A stretch of 64,000 nt of DNA from Paraspadella gotoi. Its lineage: Eukaryota > Animalia > Chaetognatha. The translations under genes were made by a program, and so were the position numbers. The notes under the pieces are model-generated. The model saw only the letters and a program-made list of their open reading frames with translations, searched no databases and was not told the DNA's origin. The stretch lies in NCBI GenBank assembly GCA_051294375.1, contig CM119264.1:1807298-1871297 (forward strand), read 5' to 3'. This document shows, in pieces, positions 52,301 through 64,000 of this stretch; the first letter of the stretch is position 1; each line of letters starts with the position of its first letter.

Positions 52301-55300
52301 GATACCTTGTGGTCATGAATCGATGACTTTTCTCAATGAGCCACCGGGTCACAGCTGAAATTATATACAGGCGGGCGTGTACTTGTTGCAATACCGGACT
52401 ACAGAATTATAATCTTGTGGCAGCAAGACTTAAAGCTGCCTCACTGCTGTCCGTCCTTAGCCTCGTCTCAATGGCTGAGCAGGCTAAATCATCTCATTCC
52501 ATCCGTGCGTCCCGGGTTCAATCCCTGGGCATCCCGGTTCTGGCTTAAATGTGACGGTGCCGGTATAAACATGCCGGTGACAGGAGGCGGCCCCTACGCC
52601 AGTTGGTGAGATACCCCGCGCCCCGGGTATCATATCATATCATATCATATCCCGTTGCCATAATCTTTCTTTTTTTTTTATAAAGAGCAAGACCCAGTTA
52701 TATAATTGCAATCATTTCTTCCTCCCGCAATGCAATGCCTCCCATTGCAGGAAATCGACGCCCTCATGGTGCAGCGGATGAAGGATCTACCGGTTGCTGT
52801 GCAACGTGAGCACGAGAGTTGCATGTTGGACGTGACAGAATTGCAATGGCACGTCAACTATCGAGGCAGAGTGAGAACGAGGACAGAGAAGAAGGTTAAC
52901 AAGGCGAGGGAGTTCAACGCCAAGCTCAAGGCAGAGTTGGAACACATTAGCAAGCAGGTTTGATTGTTTGCTTGTTTTATTGTTTGAGATCGGGTTTCCA
53001 TTTCATTTATAGGAGCTATTTTTTTATTTAATTATCACTTACTTCATTCTTTTATATTTATGTATTCATTCATGTATTTTATCTCCTTCAGCCACAAATT
53101 TGACTTATTTATTTATTTATTAATTTATTCCAATTTTAAATCCAGGGCCCCTTAATCCAAGAGAAGCTCGGTCTCCTCGCCAACGCGACGATCAAAATCG
53201 GAAAGGGACAAGATTCGCTGGAGCGAAGTTTACTGGAGCAACAGGCTAATCTTGCGAGGAGCGAAGCGAGGGCTGCGGAGACGCGGAACAAGGCTCAGAT
53301 GGAGCGAGGGCTCATGGGAAAAGAGCAAAGAGGACTCGGGGAGGAAATGGGTCTGTGTTTATCATTATATGAGATGTAATAACATTAAATTAATGCATTC
53401 ACTTTACTTATTATGAATTCGAAAATGAATTCAATAATTAATACATTCCTTCATTTACATCCATTCATTCATGTATTAATTTATGTATTTTTTATAAAAT
53501 AATTAATTTAGTCAAACATCAATTCATTCATACATCAATTCAGTCGTTCATAAATTAACTAATTCATTAAGTGTTTAATTTATTTATTCAGTCCTTTTTC
53601 AATTCATTTAGCAATCTATTTATTTATTTATTTATCAATTAATTCATACATTAAACTCAGCCATTATTCCTACATTCCATTCATTCATTCATTCCATCCA
53701 TTCATTCGTTCATTTCATTCATTCTATTCATTCATTCATTCTATACATTCATTCATTCATTCATTCATTCCATTCAGCCCGCTACACTAAAGACCTTCTC
53801 CGCGCCAACGAGCTCCACGATCAGTTGAAGACAGAGTGGAGCTCCTTTGACGCGAAGATGCGTCGAGCGGAGGAGGCGGCTGAAGCGCTGGAGCTGAAGT
53901 CGGAGAGTGTAGCCGCGACTGAAGAGGAGCTGGAGAACGAGATCAGAGAACTGCAGATCAAGATCAGGGAACAGGTGAGGGCATCGGTAGATCGGGGAGC
54001 AAGTTCGGGAATAGGTGAGGGGATCAAGAAATCGGGGATCATGTTCAGTGAGCAAGTGAGGGGATCGATAGATCGGGGATCAAGTTCGGGGAATAGGTGA
54101 GGGGATCAAGAAATCGGGGATCAAGTTCAGGGAACAGTTGAGGGGATCGATATATTCGGTATCAAGTTCGGGGAACAGGTGAGGGGATCAAGAAATCAGG
54201 GATCAAGTTCAGGGAACAGGTGAGGGGATCGATATATCCGGTATCAAGTTCTGGGAACAGGTGAGGGGATCAAGAAATCGGGGATCAAGTTCAGGGAACA
54301 GGTGAGTGGATCGATATATCCGGTATCAAGTTCGGGGAACAGGTGAGAGGATCAAGAAATCGGGGATCAAGTTCAGGGAACAGGTGAGGGGATCAAGAGA
54401 ACAAGAGTTTGAAGTTTAGCATCAAGAAAAAGCTAATTGTATCGAGATATTCAGTGATCAGCCAAGTTACATACAGAATTTAACCAATCAAAAATCTCCT
54501 TTCCAACCAATCAATCAATCAATCAAGGAATTAGAAGTTGGCCGCGTCTCCGAAGCCAACGCCATCTCCACCCAAGAGAAAGAAGCTGAAGACGAATTGT
54601 GGGCGGAGACGTTGACGTCGCTGGCGACCGACTTGAAGGGTCGGACAAAGTCGCTCCAGGAAGTCATGTCGGGCATCAAAGAGAATAAAGGGAAGATCGA
54701 CGAAACGCTGGAGCGGATTCGCTCCTGTCACGGAGACAAGATGGAAAGGGTCAAGACGCAGGTGCTGGAGCGGAGGGGGTTGGGATAGTGGGGCGTGCTG
54801 GAGCTGATTAGCTCCTGTCATGGTGACAGGATGGAAAGGGTCAATCCCCCTCTAACAAAGACGCAGGTGGGAGTGCTGGAGCGGCAAGGGTGGCGATAGA
54901 GGTGGAGCGAATTGCTGGGGCGCTTTACAATGACAGGAGATTAATTTGTCTTACCTTTTCCGTTTGCTTCTTTTTTTTTTAAATTCGGGGGGAAAAACAA
55001 TACTTTAAAATAGATATTAATTAATTAACAAAAGAGACCAAAATATGAAACATTAACCAATAACCACAAACACTTTATTTAAATGTCTACGATTTAATTT
55101 CTATCTGAAAAAAGTACATATATTTGAGAACGAATATCAAAACTTTGATACTCAAGATTTTATCGTTAGACGAATTCACTCCTTACCATTTGTATATTGA
55201 AATTAACTTTGTTTTCCTCACCCGCCCTCAACCCAAAAAAAAGGAAAACCACAAACGGGAAATCGGGAAAAATGAGGAACAGATGGAGTTCGTGAAACTG

Positions 55301-58300
55301 GAGTTGAAGAAGGCGAGGAAAATCCACGAAGGAGTTGGGGCGAGACTGGATGAGGTGAACGCGAAAATCGTCGCCGCCGAAGACGATTTGAGGGCGAAGG
55401 CTGTGGATCTGAAGGGGAGGATCAAGGAAGAGAGACAGAGTGAGTTGAAGAAATGAAATCAATCAATCAATCAATCAATATCGCAGCCGATTAACACGTA
55501 ATGTAATTATATTATAAATTACTTTGAATCTAATCGAATCAAACGTTCAATCAATTAATCATTCTCTCAATCAATGCAATCAAATCAATTAATTCATTAA
55601 CATTAAATCAATCAGTCAATCAATCAATCAATCAATCAAATCGCAGCCAAAACCACGATCGCGACCAAGATCCAAACGGAGCGCGAGGATTTCGACCGAC
55701 TGCAGGCGGAAGCCGTCTTCAAGATGGAGCGCGTCCGCAAGAAGGCGGCCGAAGTCGAATCCGTCGTCGAGGGTCTGCAGGTGGGGGTCTTGAGGTCGGG
55801 CCGAGGTCTGCAGGTCAGGTCTTGAGGTCGGGCCGAGGTCTGCAGTTCAGGTCTCGAGGTCGGGCCGAGATCTGCAGTTCAGGTTTTGAGGTCGGGCCGA
55901 GGTCTGCAGTTCAGGTCTTGAGGTCGGGCCGAGGTCTGCAGTTCAGGTCTTGAGGTCGGGCCGAGGTCTGTACACTCATGTGCAAAAAAAAAAAAAAAAA
56001 ATGCGCCACTTTATAACTTTAAATTCCAGATGCTCCATAAAAATATTTTTAAAAATTATATTAAGAAATAAAGTTGTTTAAAAAAAAAATCAATGAGTAC
56101 AATCGGTCAAGCGGTTTAAGAGATATGATTTTTTAAACTTGAGTGTTCCAAATCAAGAAGGGAAAATCAAATATTATTCAAAGCTTCAGAATCACACTGA
56201 GGTCGAGAGAATTAGGTCTTGAGGTCAGGTCTAGAGATCTGGCTAAGGTCGTGAGGGTTAGGTCTGCAGGTCTTAAGGTCAGACTGAGGTCGTGAAAATG
56301 AGGTCTTGAGGTGAGGTCTCGAGGTCTGACTGAGGTTGTGAGGGTAAGGTCAGGGTGAGAAAAGGTAAGGTGTTTTGTTATTTCGAGTAAGGTCATCAGA
56401 AGTTGCGAAATTTGAGTAAGTTATGTTTATCAGGGCCTTTGAGGTTCCCTTTGCGGATCCCTAAGCTTGGAATCTGCTTGGGTTAATCGAAAAGCTTGCT
56501 ATTTACCTGAATACTGACAACGATTTTTTTAAAAATTATTATTAATAAGTTTTTATTGATTATTTTCTTAGGCTAAAGTGGAGAAACTTCGAAATTCTCA
56601 CGATGAAAAAAATCGCGTGGTCGAAGTTTTGGAAGAACAAATGAATCACATCGCGGGGAAAAAAGCGAGGGAGAAAGAAGGAGGAACTTAAGAGGTGGAG
56701 GGGAGGGAGGGAGAGAGAGGGGAGGAAGTGAAGGGGGAAGAGGGAGAAAGAGGAGGACTTAATGAGGTGGAGGGGAGGGAAGGGAGAGGAGGGAGGAAGT
56801 GAAGGGGAGAGAGGGAGAAAGAGGAGGAGCTTAATGAGGTGGAGGGGGAGAGGGAGAGGGAGAGGAGGGAGGAAGTGAAGGGGAGAGAGGGAGAAAGAGG
56901 AGGAGCTTAATGAGGTGGAGGGGTAGAGGGAGAGGAGGGAGGAAGTGAAGGGGGAAAGGAGGGAGGAAAGAGGAGGACTTAATGAGGTGGAGGGGGAGAG
57001 GGAGAGGAGGGAGGAAGTGAAGGGGAAGAGAGGGAGAAAGAGGAGGAGCTTAATGAGGTGGAGGGGGAGAGGGAGAGGAGGGAGGAAGTGAAGGGGGAGA
57101 GGGGAGAAAGAGGAGGAGCTTAATGAGGTGGAGTGGGAGAGGGAGAGGAGGGAGGAAGTGAAGGGGAGAAGAGGAGAAAGAGAGGAACTTAATGAGGTGG
57201 AGGGGAGAGGGAGAGGAGGGAGGAAGTGAAGGGAGAGAGGGAGAAAGAGGAGGAGCTTAATGAGGGTGAGGAAGATAGGGAGGAATGTGAGGGGGAGGAG
57301 GGAGAGGGAGAGGAGGGAGGAAGTGAAGGGGGAGAGAGGGAGAAAGAGGAGGAGCTTAATGAGGTGGAAGGGGAGGGTAGGAGAAAAGTAAAGGGGGAGA
57401 GAGGGAGAAGGGGAGGGAGGAATAAAAAAAGTTGGTGGGGAAAGGGATTTTGGTGATGCACAATTATAATAGCAATCCCTTCGTAAGAGATATTGCTTCA
57501 ATATTTATTAATAGGAAATATCTATTTTGACAACTTTCTCGAGTTTAAAAGAGTATGATTGCAAAAGATTATAACGTCACTTTATAGATAATAAGTTATT
57601 ACTATAATTTACATGTATTTTTCTCAAACGCCTACGTCTTTTGTTTTCTCTCTCAGCAAATCGACAAGTTAGAACCGGTGGCGACCTCTCTCAACAAAAA
57701 GAGAAAAGAATTCGGAAGGAAACAAACGTTCATCGCCGAACGAACGGCTGAAATTAAGGCGAGGGACTCGGCGTTTAATTAAAAAGAATCAATAGTTATT
57801 TATCAATATTATAATTAAATATTATATTATTATTTTGTAGGAAGAAACTGAAAAGATGGAGAAGGAAGAAGTTTCGTTGAAAGAAGAACTCGATTCTGTC
57901 GATGCGGAGGTTGAGGAATTAGAGGATTGCTTGAAGGAGGTGTGGGAAGGGGGAACTGTGTCGAAGGGCGGTGTGGGAAGGGGACACTGTGGGAAGGGGA
58001 CACTGTGGGAAAAGGCGATGTCGGAAGGGGCTATATGGGAAAGAGGAACTGTGGGAAAAGGCGGTGTCGGAAGGGGCACTGTGGGAAAAGGCGGTGTCTG
58101 AAGGGGCACTGTGGGAAAGGGGAACTGTGGGAAGGGGCAACCTGGAAAAGGGGAATTGTGGGAGTGCAGCGGTGGTGTGAGGAATTGAATATGTAAAAGA
58201 ATTACTATAATTTTAAGGAATTTTAATTAAAAGAAGTATACCGAAATCTTTTAACATCAATATTTTCGATTTCTGCTTCAATTTTAAATATTCCACTTTT

Positions 58301-60354
58301 TCACCATCCCTTTTTTTTTTATTTTTCTAATATTCCACCTTCCCATTTTACAATTTTCCACTTTCCCTTTTTTCCATTTTTCACTTTTCCACTTTCTTTT
58401 TTTCCATTTTTCGACTTTTCAGGCGGAGACGCGACTCGATTCCTCAGAGAAAATTCAATCTCAACTCAAAAAATTAAAAGAAGAAAACGAAAAAAGAAAA
58501 GAAGAAATGAAAAAAATTCACGAGTCTCACATGGAAGAGAGGAGAGCGGTGAAAGAGGGGTTGATAGAGAAGTAAGTGATTGATTGATCGATTCATGGAA
58601 GAGAGGAGATCGGTGAAAGAGGGGTTGATAGAGAAGTAAGTGATTGATTGATCGATTCATGGAAGAGGGGAGATCGGTGAAAGAGGGGTTGATAGAGAAG
58701 TAAGTGATTGATTGATCTATTCATCAAAGAGAGGAGATCGGTGAAAGAAGGGTTGATAGAGAAGTAAGTGATTGATTGTTGGTTTAATAGATTCTCATCG
58801 ACTTATTGATTGTTTTATGGCAACGGGAGGAAAGCCTGTGATACCCGGGGCGTGGGGTATCTCACCAACTAGCGTAGGGGCTGCGGACTGTCAGTGACCG
58901 CCTCCTGTCACTGGCATGTTTATACCGGCACCGTCACATTTAAGCCAGAACCGGGATACCCAGGGATTGAACCCAGGACGCACGGATGGAATGAGATGAT
59001 TTAGCCTGCTCAGCCATTGAGACGAGGCTGAGGACCGACAGCAGTGAGGCAGCTTTAAGTCTTGCTGCCACAGTTTCTAATTTATAAGACGAATGATTGA
59101 TTCAGATACATTGATTATTTAATGAATTATATTCTATAGATTGTTTTGCCTAATAATTGATTGGTTGATGATGCTTTATTGATTGATAAACCCTTTTAAT
59201 CAGACTGACGTCCGAGCGGATCCGCAACGCCGAGCTGGCCTCTAATTATCGGCGACTTCGCGCGGCGACTCTGCAGAAAAAGTCCGAGGCGATGGAAACG
59301 TTTGACCTGAAGAACAGATCCGAAAACGGACTGAAGGACATGAGAACGGTAGTGGGATATCGATCGATCGTTGATAGGAATCTAAGATTATTTTCGTTGT
59401 TGTCGTTGTTTAGTATTTTTTATTATTTGTTGTGAACTTAATTTTGTTCTTTTTTCCCAGAGCAACCAATTTCGGTTCTTTTATCCAGGAATTTAATTTT
59501 AAATTTAATATTTAGCTTAAACATGTTCTTAAATTTATAACCCTAATCCCTAACCCAATCCTAAACCGTAATTTCTAACCTTAACTCCTAACCTTAAACC
59601 TTAGTCACTAACCTTAATCCTTAATATAATCCCTAAACTTAATCATTATTATAATCCCTAACCTTAACTTATAACTTAATCTTTAACTTAAAAAATTAAA
59701 TGGTGTCTTTTGGGAAAATAAGGCCTAAATGTTAATGATAAAGACCAGGCTTTAAAACTAACTAACTTTCTTCCTTTCTTTCTTGACGATTTCCGGTTTT
59801 CCTTTTTTTTTCTTCTTTCTTTTTTTTTCTTTCTCCATATTTCTTTCTTTCTCCTTTCCAAATATTTTTCTCGCCATCTCTTCTTTCACTTTTCCCTCCG
59901 TTTTTTCTTTCTCATTTTTCATTCCTTTTTTTGCCTAACCTGCCTTTTTTCTCCCTTCATATTTTTCTCTTCTCCTTCTCTCATTGTTCTATCTTCTCTA
60001 ATCATAACTTCCCTTCCTTTTCCTCCCTTCCTTTTCCTCCCTTTCTTCCCCACACTCATCATTCCTATCATCCCTTTTTCATATTCTATTTTCCTTTCTT
60101 TATCCCTTCCTGCTTTTCCTTCTCTATACTTTCCCCCCCCCAACCAAAAACAGCTGCGCCTCCTCCAAGAGCGGATGTCTACTGCTCTGCGCGTCTACTT
60201 CAGGCTGCGCGGCGTCTTCGGCGCTGACGTCGTTGCCGAATTCACTGAAGAGTCGACGATCAGTTCCGAGAGAATGGAAGAGTTGAAGGCGGAGATGGGG
60301 GAGGCGCTGGGGAAGATTGATGCCTTCTTGGAGGTCTATGCCAAGACTGTTTGA
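42408..60354 (+). CDS. CCDC178: Coiled-coil domain-containing protein 178-like (~20 exons)
   Basis: Motifs recognised from CCDC178: IPCVKKAVSHLE (~43795), EVMQLLQRLERDR..KQER (45418-45513) spliced to EIDAL..DLPVAVQREHESCMLDVTELQWHV (52751-52957), long heptad exons 53146-59348, and last exon 60154-60354 LQERMSTALRVYFRLRGVF. The start codon and some 5' junctions are tentative. The exon at 56572-56694 needs a +1/-1 indel correction. Confidence 0.8.
43940..44082 (-). ncRNA. RNU4: U4 spliceosomal snRNA, copy 2 (antisense in CCDC178 intron)
   Basis: Identical to copy 1 apart from one loop substitution and a 3' hairpin that stays paired (GCCTT/AAGGC vs GCCC/GGGC). Confidence 0.95.
44308..44315. promoter_or_regulatory. 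Octamer (DSE-like) for U4 copy 2
   Basis: ATGCAAAT ~226 bp upstream of +1. Confidence 0.7.
45789..51508 (-). CDS. Nested secreted protein: signal peptide + VWA domain + 5 discoidin/F5-8 type C-like domains (~984 aa)
   Basis: Exons 51508-51457 (MKLIFFLVVFSQILF), 51389-51286 (IDLQLIVDSSGSVG), 51206-51100, 50826-50688 (GGTLTGDAL), 49713-49455 (FVFTDG..VYAIGIG), then phase-1/1 exons 48346-47891, 47824-47363, 47296-46835, 46768-46307 and 46240-45789 (ADSIW..AMRAF..W..LPQTVWYQF..SPTEFELVASND..W..YKCYGIKV..IQNLRMW). All phases match and the MIDAS is complete. Confidence 0.9.
46200..48310. repeat. 528-bp tandem repeat of exon (462 bp) + intron (66 bp)
   Basis: ORF-track ORFs recur every 528 bp (46269, 46797, 47325, 47853). 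The introns are nearly identical. Confidence 0.95.
48892..49010 (-). pseudogene. Relic sixth discoidin exon with internal deletions
   Basis: Sense fragments LPQK | FVKLNEEQTF | IQNIKMWEL..EKEKP followed by ccag|gt. Confidence 0.65.
50065..50640. mobile_element. MITE-like family with imperfect TIRs and internal degenerate TTAGGG-like repeats
   Basis: Ends ggccttattttcgtaaagagtcccatttc / gaaatggggcgttttgggaaaagagagcc. Related copies at ~59447-59725, ~62894-63302 and possibly ~7660-7830. Confidence 0.55.
52180..52358 (-). mobile_element. tRNA(Met)-like SINE family C, head-to-head with a family D copy
   Basis: Sense gtggctcattgag..ttcatgacc..gggatcgatcc..GACGGCCG TAA ACCGCC..CCTGG TTCC AA GC. 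Homologous to 8685-8857. Confidence 0.55.
52416..52663 (+). mobile_element. tRNA-derived SINE family D (twister P3'/L4 segment deleted)
   Basis: Inverted close copy of 58815-59072. A-box tggctgagcagg, B-box ggttcaatcc, internal (tatca)n expansion. Confidence 0.8.
53955..54400 (+). repeat. ~41-bp tandem repeat (~11 copies) seeded on an exon end and splice donor
   Basis: Unit gatcaagttcagggaacag|gtgaggggatcaagaaatcggg; the true donor is at 53974. Confidence 0.9.
55769..55970 (+). repeat. 32-bp tandem repeat (~6 copies) seeded on a splice donor
   Basis: Unit gaggtctgcag|gtcaggtcttgaggtcgggcc; the true donor is at 55781. Confidence 0.9.
56665..57400 (+). repeat. ~70-bp purine-rich tandem repeat (~10 copies) seeded on a splice donor
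   Basis: Unit gggagaaagaggaggagcttaatgag|gtggagggggagagggagaggagggaggaagtgaagggga. Confidence 0.9.
58530..58778 (+). repeat. 63-bp tandem repeat x4 spanning an exon end and donor
   Basis: Unit catggaagagaggagatcggtgaaagaggggttgatagagaa|gtaagtgattgattgatcgatt. Confidence 0.92.
58815..59072 (-). mobile_element. tRNA-derived SINE family D with twister-like core (58869-58948)
   Basis: Sense core CTGGC ttaa ATGT GA CGGT GCCGGT a TAA ACAT GC CAGTGAC aggaggcg GTCACTG acag TCCG CA GC ccct ac GCTAG. P4 is degenerate. Confidence 0.8.
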
Positions 60355-61434
60355 TGGAGTGGAATGAAATGTTGCAGAGGGTGTTGAGCTGGAAAGGAAG
60401 GCCGAAGGGAAACGACAGGAACACCCGGCTGCCCGCAGCACTTGAGGAAAGGCATGGGGCTGGAGAGATAAATGCTGTTGATGGATTGTCATTAACGGTG
60501 AAAAATTCGGACGAAAAATATTTATTAACATTAGAATTGATATTTTTAGCGAAGATTAGAAAACTTTTAATTATTTGTTTCATCAAGAAAGTACCAACTT
60601 CGTAGCGGTCGTGTTTAGAAAACTAAAAATAGTAACATTTATAAAAAAAATCGTATTCTTTAAAACTAACTTACAAAACCCTTCTAACAACATTCGCCAT
60701 TCAATCTCATATGGAAACCGAAATGAGTAAATAAGTTTTGTGGTTAAATCGTAATTTTATTAATTAATAAATACACTTGGTTGTATCATTTCATCTTTGT
60801 TAAATTATTTACATTAGGAATAATGACTTTAAAAGTATCAATATACGTACAAACAGGGAAATAATGTGATTAGAATTTAGATAGACTTCTAGGTCGAAAA
60901 TTTTGTGCATCATTGTGACATGCATACGCTGATGAACAAGGGCTACAATACATTACAGAACAATTTTGAGCGCATGAAATAAACAAATAGATGTTATAAG
61001 AAAAATTCAAATCATATTACTATGAAAAATTATGCAAAACTTTTTGCATGGCTGGGCCTTTTAAAGATTGAGTCAAATTTAAGCCCCAATCCGAGTCAAT
61101 CTGACGACACACCAATGTCTTCTTTCAAACACTCCGTCAGGTTCCACACTAAAGCTCCCACAGCTTGCACTCTTACCAAGCTTTTTCTATGCTTCCCTTA
61201 GCTAAAAAAAACTTTTTCTACCTTTGCCTTGGCCTCTAAGATCCTAACTTGGCCTCAATATCCTCTCTTGTCCTCCCTGATCCCCCTTGGCCTTTAATCT
61301 CTCCCCTGGCTTCTAAGCTCTGACTTGGAATCAAAGCAGCCCCTCGGCCTCAAACCTAAGATATCTCTTTTCCTCTAATTTTCCCCTCGCCTCAAAGATC
61401 TCCCTCCTTTGGCCTCTAAGCTCTAGTCTTGGCC

Positions 61435-62709
61435 TCAAAGCTCCCCACTGGCCCTAAGCTCATTGACAGTCTCTTGTGCTTCATTGGCGATTTCTTGCGG
61501 AGTCTTGTTGGCTTCTCTCTCGACTTCTCCTGGTTCTTTGGGTTCAGACGCTTCTTTCGTCAGTTCCGCTTGAGTTTTGGCGGCGTCTGCGCCTGCGCAG
61601 TAAAGATAGAATTGGAGAATATGGCGGGAAACGAGCTCTTTTTTTCCCTAACTATAGTTATTATGAAATTGGTACAACCAATATAATAATTAACCATTCA
61701 TTCAATAAATAAGCTATCTTGCCCCTCACTTTGGTTTAAGGCCTCCATCACTCTTACAAGATAATGACATAGCAGGTCCCTGCAAACTTTAAATCAAGAC
61801 TCTCTCACGGTCTTGTTTATTCACTCGGAGAGTACGTTGGCTTCCCTATCAATGAAGTGGTATAATATTTCAAAGAATGTTTCAATTGTATTATGAAATT
61901 GGTACAACCAATATAAAAATTATCCATTCATTTAATAAATAAGCTATCTTGTCCCTGACTTTGGACAGGCTTTGGTGGTTTAAGGCCTCCATCACACTTA
62001 CAAGATAATAACATAGCAGGTTTCTGCAAGCTTTCAATCAAGACTCTCTCACAGTCTTATTTATTCACTCCCAGTGAACCTGGCTTTCCTATCAATGAAG
62101 TGGTATAATATTTCAAAGAATGTTTCAATTGTATAAATTCGTTAGATGGGGTAATCGTTTTTAAGCAAGAACTTAAAGGTTGTATTTGAAAAGGAGTGGA
62201 GATGCATTCACCTACTTAACCCCCGAGTGTGTTCAATTACTAATGCAGTTTGGCAATTTTACGTTTTACCCATCAAGACCACAGTGCAATCCGCAATTTT
62301 TAACCGAGCTCATTTAATAGTTCTGCTTGCCTGTCTCGCGCCAAATTAGCCATTTCCACTACAAGCGAGACTCACCTTGAAAAAAGGAAGTCGCCTTCTC
62401 GGCCGAAACCACGAAATCATCCAGAAGAGCCGCTTCAGTCTCCTTGAAAAATCGTGGACAATTTGTGAGTTTAGTATTGATAAATTGGTTAATGAAGTTA
62501 AGCCTTAACTTAAGCCTTAACTTAAGCTAACTAACATTGATTGAATTACATTAATTACGTGATTGATACCCTATTCATTCATTCATTCATTAAGTAATTT
62601 ATTCATTCATTCATTCATTCATTCATTCATTCATTCTCACCCTCGTTGTCTTAGCGACGATCGCCGCGACGAATACGACGGCGAAAACGAATCTCAGCGA
62701 CGAATTCAT
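61435..62709 (-). CDS. Small secreted Glu-rich protein (3' end uncertain)
   Basis: Exons 62709-62641 (MNSSLRFVFAVVFVAAIVAKTTR), 62442-62376 (ETEAALLDDFVVSAEKATSFFQ) and from 61592 (ADAAKTQAELTKEASEPKEPGEVEREANKTPQEIANEAQETVNELR) join in phase with GT-AG sites. Confidence 0.5.
61661..62133. repeat. ~230-bp tandem duplication of an interspersed repeat
   Basis: Units start ttatgaaattggtacaaccaatata at 61661 and 61891. Related fragments lie at ~10736-10840 and ~37275-37327. Confidence 0.85.
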
Positions 62710-63589
62710 CTTGAGGCGAATCAAAGATTTCGTCTTTCGATTAAAAGATTCGGGCGGCGAAGTTGAAACTAATCGGCGAAGACGAACGGCGAAGTCGATC
62801 GTCTTTTTCCCGCTTTTAATATGAGTAAAAAAGTAATAAATTACCAGTAGTTTGTATGAATATTAATAAAATTAACATTGAGTTTTAAAAAAAGGCGACT
62901 TTTTTTTGCGAAAACGCCCTATTTCAGTTTAAATTAAAAATTAAGTTTATTTTTTAGGTGTAAATATTTGATTAGGAGATGGGGAAAGGGATTAGGTTAG
63001 GGAATAGGTTAGGGAATAGGTTAGGGATTAGGGTTTTGGATTTGGGGATATGGTTAGGGTTTTTATGAGGAAATAGGATAAGGGGTAAGGAGATAAGGTT
63101 ATGGATTAAGGCGAAGGATTAAGGATTGACATTTGGGATTAGGTTAGGTTAAGTAATAAGGTTGGGGATTTTAAATTTTTTTTTTATTTTTAATACCAAA
63201 AACAGTATTAACATTTTAAAAGAGATAAGGATTATTTTTTATAGTGAAAATTAAGTTCAATGGTTAAGGAACAGAAATTAGGTTCTTTGGGAAAAGCGAG
63301 CCAAGGATTAATTCTCGTAATAATTTAAAACAAAACAAAAGCAAACATTTTTAAAACAAAAAACGAAACAAAAAATAACGAGAATAAACAAAGTAGAAAG
63401 GAACAGAAACGTTCACTGTTCGCTGTTTATCGTTCGCCGTTCACACTGTTGTTTCTTTTTATGCGAATCGAAATAAATAATAAAACGAAACTCATAAAAA
63501 TGTTTTTTTACCTTTTTTTCTCGCGCTCGTTCGCCGGTTGTTATCGACGTGAGGTTTTTTTGTTTGTTCGTGTTTTTTTAAACGGATAT

Positions 63590-63669
63590 CATCATGGTTA
63601 TTATCATCTTCATCATCGTCGCCGTCGTCATCGTCATCATCGTCATCATCATCATCATCATCATCATCG

Positions 63670-63720
<51 letters not shown>

Positions 63721-63776
63721 TACTTTGTCATTCCATCTCCTTCTCTTTCATCTTTGTCTTTGCTTTCCTTCTCTTC

Positions 63777-63858
<82 letters not shown>

Positions 63859-63925
63859 ATTCCTCTCTCTCTTTCTCTCTCCCTCCCCCCTCTCCACCTT
63901 CTCTCTCCCTCTCTCTCTCTCTATC
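63590..63925. repeat. (CAT)n and (CT)n microsatellites
   Basis: Direct inspection. Similar (CT/GA)n, (CATT)n, (GAAA)n and (TGAT)n tracts occur throughout the window. Confidence 0.95.
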
Positions 63926-64000
63926 TCCACAACATCTCTTTTCAACATTCATTGGCTTCTTCATCGACGATCCAAATCTTCATTGTTTCACCTCACGATG

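Noticed and set aside
52419-52470. HDV-like ribozyme in the family D 5' extension
   Set aside because: A P1-like pairing exists, but there is no P3/L3, no P1.1 GG and no J4/2 motif.
56560-57501. 313-aa minus-strand ORF
   Set aside because: It is the translation of a pyrimidine-rich tandem repeat in a CCDC178 intron.

Overview
AT-rich invertebrate (metazoan) draft-genome scaffold with N gaps and stretches of indel-rich, raw-read-like sequence (mainly ~1.0-3.8 kb and ~14.8-22.6 kb). Intron-containing genes reconstructed by hand: a Mtl/MIG-2-type Rho GTPase (+), an unknown acidic/coiled-coil gene (-), a p53-family gene (+), two tandem secreted SOUL/heme-binding genes (+), an ankyrin+SOCS-box gene (-), and CCDC178 (+). 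One CCDC178 intron holds a nested antisense gene encoding signal peptide + VWA + 5 tandem discoidin/F5-8C-like domains. A small secreted-protein gene (-) lies near the end. Two U4 snRNA genes with upstream octamers sit inside introns. The most striking signal is a set of ~230-260 bp tRNA-derived SINE-like elements from several sequence-divergent families. Each carries an internal twister-ribozyme-like fold (P5-type permutation) with covarying T1, P2, P3, P4 and P5 pairings and P1 reduced to a short palindrome. All calls come from manual reading; no searches or folding programs were run.
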